Shown here piece after piece: positions 1-14,100 of a DNA stretch of 64,000 nucleotides. The translations under genes and the position numbers were made by a program. The stretch is from Balanoglossus misakiensis (Eukaryota; Animalia; Hemichordata). The DNA lies in the NCBI GenBank assembly GCA_040954595.2, contig CM082582.2, positions 6,122,303-6,186,302 on the forward strand, in the 5' to 3' direction. The notes under the pieces were generated by a model. It was given only the letters and a program-made list of their open reading frames with translations, did not search any database and was not told the DNA's origin. Position 1 is the stretch's first letter. Every line of letters begins with the position of its first letter.

Positions 1-56
1 ATTTCTGATTGCGCAATTTCAGGATTGATGGACTCCGACTAATCGACGCGAATGCG

Positions 57-93
57 GTTGTCATAGGAACGCGCGTGCAATCGCCGTGGCAAC
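57..93. promoter_or_regulatory. Pair of RFX X-box-like motifs
   Basis: GTTGTCATAGGAAC (57-70) and ATCGCCGTGGCAAC (80-93) resemble the RFX palindrome GTTGCCATGGCAAC. Function not demonstrated. Confidence 0.35.
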
Positions 94-189
94 GGGCAAA
101 ACCGTGAAGCTGTGTCTGGATACCAGTTTCCTTCGATATCCCCATAATTAATGGTAGAGTAATGTGATGATTTCTCTAACGTGTGTGCG

Positions 190-509
<320 letters not shown>

Positions 510-3015
510 CACACTCAATAGTCAGAGAATGTCAGAGAAAAAAAACTTACGTTTATACCAGGCAACAATACATCCTGAATTCTAAGTTATTGTTTGAGAA
601 ACGGAAGTCTGTTTTATTTGGTCATAGACTCTTTTCCCCGCCACGTATTACCGATCGAGGAACGTTTCAAGGTAAATCTGACAGCCATGTGTGTAGCTAC
701 TGTTAGTGTGAAACCAACCGACGCTATATTTGATAACTCCGCGTGAACGCATTACTGTAGGCAAATCTGCATACAAATTAGTCAAGTGAGTTCACTGTAC
801 GCAACGAACTCTTATACACCTGTCGTTTCTTATTCGACCTTTATTTCAGTTGCAATGTCGGTAACCATGGAGACTGTCTGAGTTAAACGAATTAGAAGCC
901 AATTGCTGAATATGGAGTTTTATTTTGCATGTAAGCGAATACAGAGAAACCGCTGTCGATATTTTGAAATGCGCGTCACCAGAAAGGCAACCCAAGTAAC
1001 TTCATAGGTGTCGACCTTTGCAGTTGACGTGTCGAACTGAAAATATTTTTTTCGAGCGTCCTGGAGGGTGCAATTTGTCCACTTGTGCAGTGAAATTCCC
1101 TAAGCTGAGAATTCGTCGCATGACATAGTTTTTGCAATGACCTTTTTAGTTTTAAATTAACGCATAGGAGTGATGGTTATAGGGCGTTTCACGCAAAGAC
1201 ACCAAGTGTACAGTAAACAAGGAAGGTGTTAATTGGAAACGTGCCAAAACAGCCACATCAACTCGTCGGTATTTCGAAGATCCCCAAACATTTAATTTCC
1301 GCCGCCAGTGCGTGTGTATTTGTCCAGTAATCTCAGTGAGTGCCATATGCTACACACTCATGACAGTCAATATAAATATAAAATATTGTATCTTTCATCT
1401 ATCCGATTTTGCATGCCGCATATGTTGTTATATAATTCAAGGATCCGTGACCAAATATGAAATCGCATGCGGAGAGCGATTCGATTAAAAACACAATGGT
1501 GGGACTGGGAACATCACACTATTGACACGTTGAAGTGGGCTCTCCAGTTAATGAATGTAAATATCTCAAGATACTCACAGATAATGTGATTTATCGTACG
1601 CAAACACAGATTTGAGTACTTACCTATCAATATTCAAAATAAGTTCTATTAATAGAAGGACTCCTAATTATAACAAGTATTGGAAGATGTGTTGACTCAA
1701 GAAGAACAACATGCAAAAAGGGGGTACATTCCTTGATGGAGGGTTGGATTATTGTACAGTCCGTGTCAATGTAAAAATTCCCCCTAAAATGAATCGTACT
1801 TTATATGAGAAACTATTACTGAGAAACTACATGGCTTTGTAGGGCATCGACGCCAACTTCTCCCAATCTCGTGACTTTTGCCATAATGTCACCCTTGGTC
1901 AGAGTAAATCTTCATTTTCGTTAAAGCATTTAAGTCGCATACATTGAACACACAAGTTTGTCCATGGATAGTGCCTTGCCCAAGAAAGGCAAGAACGCTA
2001 ACGGCGCAATCTCTCTAATCACTAATTAGTCGTTTAATTCCTTTATGACGACATTACGTCAATGTCCCTTTTGACGTTTATAGTCAGGCACCTGTTGCTA
2101 CCGTGGTCAGTCAACAAATGCCATCACAGTACCGGGTAAATATAATGGAGGATATAAAATGGAGCTTGGGTATATCCCGTGTCGTAATTAAGTTATATTG
2201 TGTTTGAGGCATGGTAGGGTAAGGTTATGTGAATCAGGGGTCGGGGCTGGAGATCGTGTACCCTGGGTACAAGAATCAGTGATATTCAAATGCAGGGGTT
2301 ATCACTGGGACCCATGTGTGGTAGACTTATCGCAATAACATCCCCAGAAAAATCGATATAACCATTGTGACGCACTCGGTTTGTGGTGGACATAATAAGT
2401 TCATCGGAAGACTTAACTGCCATGGCAACAATATACTAGCTGTCCCGTGTACCCAGGTAGCTGACTGCATAAAAACGAGATTTTAATACGAGGTTTGGCG
2501 TCTCCGCCTTCCAAATCATAATTGCTACGCTATACTCGCGCAGAGGGATATGTTTTTATTATGAGCTTAATCGATTTTGATGCAAAAATAATAGCGGCAA
2601 CCTTTTTAGATGTGTTGGCCTACAACAACGTCTGCACATAATTTTTGGTTTCAAAAATCCACAGGGCTGCTGTAAAACTGTGTGATCAATGCTTACTTCG
2701 AATAATACGAAAAGTCGCCTCTCACAATGATCTCACTTGGCAATCCGGTTACGTGCTATTGTCAGAAACCGATCGATAAACCGAATGCACCAACTGTTTA
2801 TGGTAAACTTTTCGTCGATTTAAAGTCGTGCAGTTAATCTCGACTCCGCCATTAATGCAGACGACCTAATGATGCATTGTATTGAGACGTCAACCATCAA
2901 AGTGACTTGTCGATACGTACACGTATCAGATCTCTAGTCTGGGTGGGGGTGGGTTGGGGTTCAATTACCGCGTTATCAACTATGAACATTGTATTCTGAC
3001 CACATTGTCAGTGAT

Positions 3016-3049
3016 AAATCCACTCCCTTGTTTACAAGGGAGTGGATTT
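3016..3049. repeat. Perfect hairpin, 16-bp arms with 2-nt loop
   Basis: AAATCCACTCCCTTGT-TT-ACAAGGGAGTGGATTT; the arms are exact reverse complements. Confidence 0.85.
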
Positions 3050-3201
3050 GTACACCCAGGATAGTTTTCACGCGAAATAAAAATATTTGATTGCCCATAC
3101 TAAAGATTTATCGCACATAGAACGACTCCCTTCGTTATCACGAGGAAAGAATGGGTTTTCTTACTATCCGTAAAATCACTTTTATATTCTTTTTATTTCA
3201 G

Positions 3202-5655
3202 GCTTGTGAAAGATGGCGCCGATGTCAACAGGCAGCTGTCGACAGGCCGCACCCCCCTGCACATCGCCTGTGCAACGGGTAACACCGGGTGTATAGATTT
3301 CCTGCTGGAGGCCGGCGCGTCGCTGGACATCAAGGACTCGTACGGTCAAACGCCCGTCGAAATCGCCGCCAACTGCAAACAGAGGAAGGCGGAACGACTT
3401 CTGCGCGCGTTCAGACGAACGATCGGGGGACCGACCGTCTACAAGCGGAAAGCCGATCCGCCGAGAGAGAGGATCGTGTCCACCTGGGCGTGGACGCCGC
3501 GATTCCGAGCTAGAAGTGCGCCGCCGGCGTCGTTGCTCCGGGAGATGTCACTGACGCCCGGGCCGGAGCTGATGATCAGCCAGTGCAAGCTGGAGGAACC
3601 GGCATCCGGGAACAAGAGCGTAACGTTCGATGAGGGTAGCGTAGTTAGCGAGGTAGAGACATTAGATTTCATACAAGACGTAAGTTAATATGCATGTTAT
3701 GATGTATAAACTACATATACTGTCAAACTAGCTGTTTATATGGTCTGCTCACTGAAATTTGACGAACAGTCAGTCAGCGAAATTCTACTGATGTCCTATA
3801 TGCAGGCACAACAAAAATATTTTGAAATGACCATTCCAAACAAGTCCGAAGACTGACATTTCAGCATGTTTCAGTGAGCGTGTAATTCCTTTTAATTCAA
3901 GGCTTGGATACTCCATGCATCAATGCTTGCATGTATTCATTCACCCACACAATCACAAGCACCGTACCCATCCCTATTGTCATCCATTGTAATTTTGTTA
4001 CCTTTCTTGGTAAATGCCTTTATTAAAGTGGCTAAAATGTAACTATCAGTGTATTAAAAAAGTTTCCAGTAATACTAACAGCACAGAAGGCGGGTCTCAG
4101 GGACTTTTGCTGCATGTTTCTGTAACAGTAAACGGCTATCCTTCCGTATAGTGGTCCCATCCATCATTCATACCTTCGGGTCTCCTCCACTTACATGTAC
4201 GCACGCATCCACGCTATGAAAGCGCCCTCACACGGAAGACGCTTGAGTTCTAACCATTTCATTACAATTATCATACATTGACAGGACAAGAGCTACGAAT
4301 CGGGCGAATCTTGTAAGGAAAACGTAATTGTACCAAAATCTGCTCGCGGGTAAGTCCCTGAAAATCGTTTCAAATATAAATTGTTAAAAAAACGACGTTT
4401 ATTTTTGGCTATCATTGTCCGGAATGAAACCCAGCACACTGACAGAACCACCCGACGATAGGTCTTGAGGTACCAGGATAGCCACAGCTGATCTTGAATA
4501 ATATGCATGCACAGCAGTCCATATACATGTACCTGATGCATATATCACTGATGACCATATTGCTATCGTCGTTGACTGGTTTAAAAACTTGTTCACCAAT
4601 GTCATTTTCTCATCCGCCCACTTTGCTACCTTTCAATTCACACGTATTCTGCCTTCGCGCTGAGGAGGCCAATGGCGTTGCGAGTGAATATTCATGAGTC
4701 GATTCCAATGGTTATGAGCATGCGCAGTATAATTTCAAAAGTCTCTAAACAGGGAGTTCACACGAACTGATCAATGATACATCTACTTGTAATCCGTAAC
4801 ATTTTTTATGTTTGTTTGTTTGATTGCAGAAGGGGTGTCGCATACGGAGAATTGCTTCGAAGGAAACACAAAATTGAGAGAACGAAAATCAGTAGTGACC
4901 GCGGCAGAAGAGCGGGCTACACGAATAAAAAGTGCGGTGCGTTGTCGGACGGCAAGGAGAAGTCAGAAACCTTGGAACCCCCGGACAGGGATGAAGTCTC
5001 GGAAAGGGACACGGTTATCTCGGACGAGACTTACGAGAGCTGGCGGCGAGAGAAAGCCGAGCACCGGCGGATAGCGGACACCGTCCTGCCGCCGGAGCCG
5101 AACGTGCTCCGGGTGGGCGGCATGGAGATACCCAGGGCCGACCCGCAGGACAACCAGAAGGCGGTGCGCGATTGGCTGCGCTCAAAGAACGCCGCGCAGA
5201 CGCACTCCAACATGTACGAACAGTGGCAGCGCAGGCGCGTTGAGGAGTTGGAGAGGCAGAGGCGGCGGATGATCGAACAGGGCGGGAAGAGCCGGGAACA
5301 GTGGGAAGCGGAGCTGCAGAAGAAGAGGAGCAGAGAGAAAGAGAGGGCGAAGAGGCAACTCCTCGAGGAGGAGAAGCAGCGACAGGAGAACGCCAGGGAG
5401 CGGTTCATGAACGGATACACGTTCGAAGGCTGGTACGAGCTGAAGAAAAAGGAAAGCCAGGCCAAGGGTCAAACGGGGGACGATACCCGCAGTAGGAGGC
5501 AGATCAGGCAGGAGAAACAGCTCATGGCGCAAAAGAGTTTTGAGAAATGGATGCTTGATAAACAGTGGGAAGAGCTGTGCAGACTCAAAGCCAAACCCAG
5601 CGACAGACCGAAGACGGCAACGGGCCTTCATTTGCCATCCAGAAAACTGCACTGA
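3202..5655 (+). CDS. Ankyrin-repeat protein (ANKRD60-like) with C-terminal charged coiled-coil; 5'-partial, last three exons
   Basis: Exons 3202-3679, 4285-4349 (65 nt, DKSYESGESCKENVIVPKSARG) and 4830-5655 (TGA). Both introns are GT-AG with matching phases (0, then 2). Ankyrin motifs GADVN..GRTPLHIACATGNTGCIDFLLEAGAS..KDSYGQTP; the following AERLL helix recalls ANKRD60. Tail is E/K/R/Q-rich with repeated YESW/YEQW/FEGW/FEKW motifs. Upstream phase-2 exon not identified in the window. Confidence 0.85.
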
Positions 5656-8139
5656 AACGGTTCTCAGAGGTCTTTCTATACGATGTTTTGTGGGCGTGCC
5701 AAAAGTTCCCCAGCCACACCATGTGTATATATAGTGTGCCAATACATTTCCGAGTTATTTTTGGCCAATTTTCACGAATTCCAAATTCGCAACTTCACAC
5801 TCAAAGTCGGTAGATTTGGGTCTTCAGGTCCAACTGAAGTCCCATTTTCGCCCGTGACACATACAGCAGACGCGGAAAAAAGTCAAGGAAACACGAAAAG
5901 TAATTCAGATATCGATACATTTATTATTGTCTTTAAACTTCAGATTGTTAACGTCTTTTATTAAGGTTACAGTTCTATAAACGATAAACTCTTGATTGAT
6001 GTGATCCCACTGGAGGGCAACGTACGTTTCAGGTCGGTGGTGGCGCTCTTCGTACGAAAAATTACATTTATGAACAAATTGAGAATATACGCCACATTGC
6101 CAAATAGCAATTTCATTTAAGTTAGAATAAATACATCACAGTTGTTCAATATCAATATATAATTATATTAGTAATGTTATAAACTAGATTCTTCCTTTTA
6201 ATTTTATTAGTAATTATTTTACTTATATTTTACAGATATAGTCAAATTCTGTACATAGGTTAAGAGCAAGTAGTACTACGTTAACAGTACTGTCTAAACA
6301 TATTATTTTTTAAAAATTGACGAGACGAGAAAATTCCTGTGAAAATACACCAGTGAATGAAATAACAATGGTCGGTGTCAATATTGTCTCGCCTTTGGCA
6401 CATTTTGCTTTGCTGCTGTCGTACATGTGTTCGTTTGGAGTTTGTCTATGTCGAACAAGCGCCACCTACGTCACTAAAGTTTATGTCCAGCTAACTAAAA
6501 TGATTGAGTGACTGTTGTCACCTTAAATACCCGTGTCTTCTGGGATACTGAAGTATGTCAAGTTTAAAGTCTGTGCTTACATTATGAATATTTTAAAGGT
6601 ATTATGCGCCTCGAAAATCTTAATATTTTTCTCATATTCTACTAATATCTTTCTCCTGCGCATGCGTTATGGATTCTCCAGTTCTCCTCACGTGACCTGT
6701 AAACACGTTGTGATGCAGTTTCGATTACCCAGGAACGTAATGTGTGATATGCATCATTTTTTTGTTGAATGAAGAAATATTCATTAGAAAGATGACACAA
6801 TATACACGGCAGAAATGTTGTAAAACATCAAACTTACATTTAGATCATTTACAATTACCAATAAACACTGTAAAAGACGTTTTTGGCTAGCGCGCCTTTC
6901 AGCTAATCCACTAGTGTCTAGAAGAGCGACATCGCGCTTATGTAAAGAATTTCCAATATGCACCATGAATATGGTGTCTTAAATATTACAGTCAAAGATT
7001 TTTCAAGTATGTGCCATACAAGCAGACATGTGCTGCTAATAACTGGCGCTTAAAAAGGGATGACCACCGAGACATAAAGAAAGCTTTGAATTCATAAAAT
7101 ACACCTATTATTTCCGGCCAGTTTTAACTACTAATCATTAAACAACCTATAATGGACGTTATTTTTTGTGAACGCCGTCGTTTGTGTGGTGTATACGCAT
7201 ACCCGAAGCTTTGATGTAAGAATGGTTAAACTCATTTGACAAAATAAAAAAGACAACACGTTTTTTTATAGCTAATCAAACTGGAAAAAGGATACTAAAA
7301 ACAACTGCAGCTGTAAATGTGTGCTCGCAGCAAAGAGCGCGTCATATTTATGCATCGATACAAACATATATGCTATTCATCAGTGCAAATGCGTAAGATT
7401 TGAAGAAGCAATTTACTTCTGTATAAGTGAAAGTAATGTTACACAGTTTAATAAATAATGTTGTGTATCGCTGAGTCAATGTCATAAACTTGTACTCTTT
7501 GAAATGTCTTGGGATATTACAATCAGGACGGTGTAAAGGGCATATTGACATTGCCAGTGTTAGTCGCTACGGAGAAAGAAGTCAATATTCAAGTGGTGTA
7601 GGCCTATAGGTAAGAACAATTTGTTAACTAGGACACTAGGATTCTAGGATTGTGAACGTTTCACTAGATCTTGACTTGAAATAAATGTGACCCAGCTTTA
7701 GTTACAATGAACACGCAAAGGGTCACGGGAATGAAAGACTTAGGCCAGCACTCCACTCGCTGGTGGCGCTTACCTATATATATACTATGTCGTTAAGTAA
7801 AAACAACACTACCGATGTATAATATATCCCGTTTTTCTGTGAAGTTACTGGTCAGCGATAGTGGAAAATCACCTGATAAATATGTATGAAGACTTTTCCT
7901 GATTACTGACATACAATCCACCATTTTGGAAAATGATCACCTGGTGATTTCAGAGATCTACACGTGGTTAGATCTCGTCTATAGAAATATATTTCTTTTA
8001 AAAAAGGGGGTTCATTCAATTTCTTGGCAAGTGGATATCTAAAATTTGGTAGTCATGAGCTTCCGAAAGCCTTGATGAAAAGGTTATTGCACTATTTCGT
8101 ACGAATTCCAGTAAGAAACAGAATTGCACGTCCACGTTT

Positions 8140-11100
8140 TCAACCCGCCAACTTTGAGGCTCTTGTTGGTTGCCACGACTCCGGATGTAGTACCGACATT
8201 TGAATGTCACCCGAAACTATTAAAGGAATATAAATTGTTTCCGCGTCCCGAGCCCTTTTTTGCCTTATACTTGTCACGTGACAGCTGAAGTAGGATTGAT
8301 GGTTTTGGTCAGATTTCTGGAAGCCCATGTCTGTTGACGTTGCGTCAGTCCCGAGATCTCGTTAGGTGTATAGTTTTAAGGTCATGTCAAGTGTATTCCG
8401 TTACTCTTTCCCGGCCCACGAGGCTTGTGTCGTCCCACGGTACACATCAAATTCTGCGTCTCGTTAACATTCGTGTCGACCCATCGCCTACTCACACATT
8501 TATCTTGCGCATATCGTTTGTCTATAAAAGCTTATTGTCTGAAAGGTTTGATTCAATTTTCAATTGGGACAGATTAATTATCGTTGAAACGGACCAACAA
8601 TGATCGGGATACATTAAACAGTCATTCTTATCACAACGAGTACTTTCTCTCGCCTCTGACGTCATCGCCTCACAGTTTGACTTCAGTCGATGAATTCTCA
8701 CCCGGTTTAGTATTAAAAGCATCCATTATGGGTTTACCTGTAAATACAATTAATGCGACAACAGTCAACTTAATTGCCAAGAATACAAAAGAACGGCCGG
8801 ACAAAACAGTGTAATAAAGTAGCCCATTTTTTTATTACTTGTCATCGACCTACAGGACGACAAGTTACAAACAATGTGCCCGAAATAGCAGTTAAAGACC
8901 ATAAAGTTCACCACGCCCGAACCTGGGGCAAAGAGGACGATAATTACATCGTCGATAAATTTGGATGTGAATATTTCACCTCGGTCGTCTACGCGACATT
9001 TCCGTTGCAACTGGAAACTATCTTTATTTTATGATAGTCGACACGGAAACCTCGTTTGTCCGCAACTCGTGTGCAAGACAGAACGGACTGCCGTTGACAA
9101 AGTTTTTTAAGTTTCATATGTAACACACACGAGAGATTAAAGCCCCATTAGCTGCCATTTTCGCATTTTTTGTTCATGATGTTACTTTAATTCAAACCCA
9201 GACCGGTCCATTTAAATGAGTATACTGATGGGTACATATGTACTACAACCGCTGATTGTGGCTGTACATCATAAATATGATCAAGTTACATAACCAAAAA
9301 TGCTCACCTGGGACAAAATGGCCGGACGGGGCAATTGATGACGTTTTGGAACGCATGGGTGACGTCTGGTACTTCTTGACGGTGTGACTTATCTGCAAAA
9401 AGTTAATAAAAACATCTGAACGTAATAGACTGTAACATTGACAGGCTGAACAATCACGGTCGACCCCAGATCTCTGTGCAATCTGAATTTTATTATTAAC
9501 TGAATAACGAATATGGAACTATCGAAACAACAGGGCAGTAAAATTGGCGCTTGATTTAATTACGATAGTTTCGCAGTAATTGAATGGCAGTGTATTCCCA
9601 AACGTTAGGGCAAATTTTGCAGAAACAAGTCTCCTGCCGGCGCCTAATAATTTATGCAAAGTAATCTCACAGATAAGGGTGATTACATATAAGTTATTAA
9701 AAGTGAATTTATGTGAAAACGAAAAAAAATGAAACACGCCCTGGGCTACCTGTAGGCAACATTAGCTTCAGCAAAGTAATTGTGTGTAATTACCAAGCAA
9801 TGTCTGGTTATTTTCTTGGAAGGCGGTGGGGGGGGGGGGCACGGAAGCTCTCTCTGTTAGGGGAGGTCTGCTGGGGTGAGGGTGACTATTTGCGTCAGGG
9901 GATGTCTGCATGGGTGGGTGGATTCATCAGAGTTTTCAAGGGAAGGTCTTCTGGGGTGGCATGATAGTCTGATGGTCTCGTTTGTCGTACGCTAACTTAC
10001 GCTGTAAGTGATTCATACCGTCGTGATATGGAAAGTAATTGCATCATCAATCCTTCCAAACATATATCTATAGCTGCAACGGAAACTGCGCAGCCTGCTG
10101 TCATGCAAATTGTGTGACTTGACCACACAATGCGCCACGATTCAAGCACGGCTGTGCAAAATAGCGCACATATACCTATGCCGCAGTCAGCAGGGACCTG
10201 TCTCCTATGACATTATCAATTTGATATGAAAATGCATATTTCTTTTGTGACTATTATAACCTGCAATTAAATTTCACTCAACTGTGTACGCAGAAGGAAA
10301 CGGAAGCGATGACACTTGCCCAGAATTTAACCCCACATCTGTTCAAAACAAGTTACTGTAGGGATAGACACTAACAGTCATAACAGATGAAGGTGCCACT
10401 TTTATTCTACGCGTCTGTTACCATGGCAATACATTATCCACGCTTTGTACTGTAATGATCAATTTCCACTATTTCTTTAACACATGTGGCATATTGCAGA
10501 CATATTTTTCCATCAGGGAATTAACATTTAAGACACAACTTCATCAAGTTTTTCCTTGATCATATTGTATTGTGATGTTGGGTTATTTGCAAATCTATAG
10601 AAGATAGACACAGGGCAATTACTTTTGCAACGATGACACAGTCGACACTGACAATCCCCTGAAGGGAGGATGGTGCTGGGATGTGTAAAAGAACACTAGT
10701 TTACACTATGCGTATACTCCAAGAAAAAATGGCACGTGATCTTGTTTAAATCTATAAAATAATAATCGCGACAGGGTGTGAATATTTAACACATATTCTC
10801 TGACATTCTCAATTACTAATCCCAAGGGAGGGGGTATCAATCCATTACCTATTTCTTGTTACCATTGTGCAAATACAGAACACCACCAACCCTCCCTGTG
10901 TGACAGCTAATGATCAAATCGTCCGCGTGACTAAGGTGACAACCCTTTGTTGCTAGTACTACAGAATTCAAAATAGCTGCAACAACCGCCAAACTAGAAA
11001 CACCGTATTTCTTTGATGCCAACAACGCGTTATCTCTAAAATTGCAACAACGTCACAATTTAGTAGACAAAGAGGCGCCCCATCCCAATTGCGCAATAGT

Positions 11101-14100
11101 TCACGTTCATATATTGTATACGGTCACCTCTATTTTACATATGCCTATTTATAATCAAAAGGGCGTGTCTGAGTCTGCAAATGACAATGTGGTGGCGTAC
11201 GTTTTTCGCGTGTAACACCCACTGAAAATCTGTGGTTGGCTATATTTCAATTTTCCCATGGTGGTAAAATTTGCATTCAAGTGACCGTAAACCTTTAAAA
11301 AACAGCTCCGCCGTGGAGAAACCTCTTACCGAATGATGCGTCGTGTCCTGCTTGAAGTAGTTGTCCCGGCTGACAGTTCGACGAACCTTGGTAGTGAACG
11401 TCTTTCTGACTTCGTCGTTGGCAATGCAATGGAAAATGAATATGAAGAAGCCCTGTGAATGAAAACAGGTCACCTGTGAATTCATTGACTGGTTTAATAC
11501 ATAACTGTAAACAAGGAGTGGCTTACAAGCATTGCTGATTAAGCCTATGGGTTTTGACAGAGTGTATTCTTGAAGTAGTATAGATGCGGAATTCAAAGAA
11601 CTACATTCGACGGTTTATTTGTTATGGCTGTTTTTATTGTACACACTGCATCGAGAATATTTTCATATTATCTTTAGAAGCTGAAAGATGTTTACTCACA
11701 GACGTTAGCACATAGATGACTTGCACAAGTATGCAGTGCTTTTAATTGAATTATATTGAATTCAACGAGGCAGGGTGTTAGCAAACTCGGTTATAGGAGA
11801 ATGCGTTGCGTTTGTATTCTTCGGTAGCATGCACGAAATGTTTGAACAAAGATTATGTAGTCTTGTGCACACAAACTATTTTTTATTCGATGTTTATCCT
11901 CAAACACGGTATAATTGGTGAACAAGATTGCCGACCATTAAGTCACACGCAAGCGTCAAGGTACTATATTCATTGCATTCACCGCGACGAAACTTCTAAT
12001 TAATAATACCCATGGTGTTAAGATTGAACGTGTAATGACATCAATGCTGTGTGCTATTTCTTATTACCTGAAGTGAGTTGAGGATGGCAAATACGTATTG
12101 GAATACAATAGTGGCGTTGTTGAATGCCAAACAACCAAACAACCACGTGATTCCCAGGAGCGGAAGTAGAACCAAGGCTGCCCGTGTGGAACGCCTACCA
12201 GATCGAAATAAACATGCACTCGTTAAGAGAAATGTGGTTATAGCCTAGCAAGTACGATTGCAAAATAAGCAAGATTAATATAGCATGTATTTGCTATTTA
12301 TGAAACTTGTCGTTTTCACAATTACTAAATCACATCAAATAAAACAATGATCTAAATAAATATTGCATGCAGTGGCTACATATGTGATTGGATCTCTTTA
12401 TATGCTAATTCCACATATTTCTGGTTGTGTATATTTTTCCCCTGGGAATATCACTTACTTGGCCTGTTCGATCCTGGGTTTCTTGGCGATGCTCTTGACA
12501 GCAAGAAAGGTGTGCATCACAACCACTAATATCGCTACATTTGCCTGAAACAATCATGGGGAACATATCATTAAGGTATATTACCTTAGCATCTAAAGTT
12601 TAATCAATAATTGTCAATGTATCGCTATAGCTCAGTACGTCCAAGTTACAAGGAACGCTCTCGGTTTACACAAACATTGTCAGGGACTGAGAATGATTTC
12701 TATTATCGAAATTAAAATTGCATGCTAACCATACAGACCATTTAAACGGAATATCAAACAAGTATTGATTGCATAGCGTAAACAGTGCTTTTCAACGATA
12801 AATCAATGGAACACTCGATCAGTTTCTGCCAGTGTATGTATTATCAACTCAACTTACAAGGATGATGAAAAGTGCTGGTCCGGCAAATGCCCATATGCTC
12901 TTGTCATGCACAGACAACCAACACACTGTATCGTTGCCATAGGCAGCTATGTTGACACCGGCAGTCACTCCAACGACGATGGCTGGCAAGCCTGTCACAA
13001 ACGATGAAATAGGTTCGGTTACTTGCATTGAATTTGGTGATCATCGTCATGAGGAATGACATCATCATCATCACCATCACCATCATCATCACCACCACCA
13101 CCACCACCACCACCGCCACAGCCACCAACATAGCAACACTCATTATCCTTCCACCTATTGCACACACAATCTCACATCTCGCTTGCTTCGTTTTCATATA
13201 ACATATTTACCTATACTATTATCCAAACTCACCGTAGGCTGCAGGATAGTAGAAGCGTAAATACAATCCCGTACTGAACACTTTTGTAACTCTGAGATAC
13301 AGATGAGTACCTTCCACTAACATCCACATGAATGCCGCTAAATAGACATAGTGGAGTAACATGGCTACTCCCGTACACAGTCGCTAAAAGAAAATGCATA
13401 TAGACAAACACTAAATAACCCTATTGTTAGTTTCTGCACGGGGAAAGTGGGCCAGTGAACAAAATGAATATATCATAATTCAATTTCATACTTGGATTGT
13501 GATCAGAATATGGCAGGTTTAACAAACCAATTAACGTGCTCAAAAATACAGCGTACTGGCTATAGTCATTTCAATGTATTAAACAGATGGTACACATAAA
13601 CTTCTACATGTGCAAGTCTAGAGATCCTTGATAAATATTTACTGTACACCTTAGCCACTTCCCAGTGATGAAAACAATATTACGTGGTGATCAATTCGCA
13701 CAAACAGAAAAAATCATCAAGTCTGTAAGAAAACACTTATATACATTTATGCATGAATGTATGCATGTACATGTACAAATATGTATGCGAGCATATGTAC
13801 ATACATAGTTATGTACGCACGTACATTTAACCCACTATTCCCTTGGGACAGACACTTTATGATACGCACTTACAAATCCTTATTGGAGTTACCTCAGCGA
13901 AATCACGATTGAATGAAACTTGAAATCTATAACAATTGCAACAGACTGTTCACGCTGTGAGCCTGGTTGTCACTAATGTCACAAAATGCACTTACCGGGT
14001 TCCAGGTTGCATCCGCGCCGGCCAAGAAAGCGATGTTGGCAATGCCCAGTGATATCATCAGGTTCATGTTGATACTAGCACACTCGTAGTTCAGTCCCCT

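Noticed and set aside
5031-5742. Minus-strand ORFs of 144 and 186 aa
   Set aside because: Antisense shadows of the GC-rich coiled-coil exon.
10848-10958. Possible alternative terminal exon of the aGPCR ([14 protein letters not shown])
   Set aside because: Requires the weak gtttac donor at 11293; the gtaaga donor at 11330 with three downstream exons is much better supported.
12904-13197. ORF with a poly-Val/Met hydrophobic run resembling a TM helix
   Set aside because: Translation of the CAT/CAC microsatellite; the true exon 12858-12991 is in another frame.
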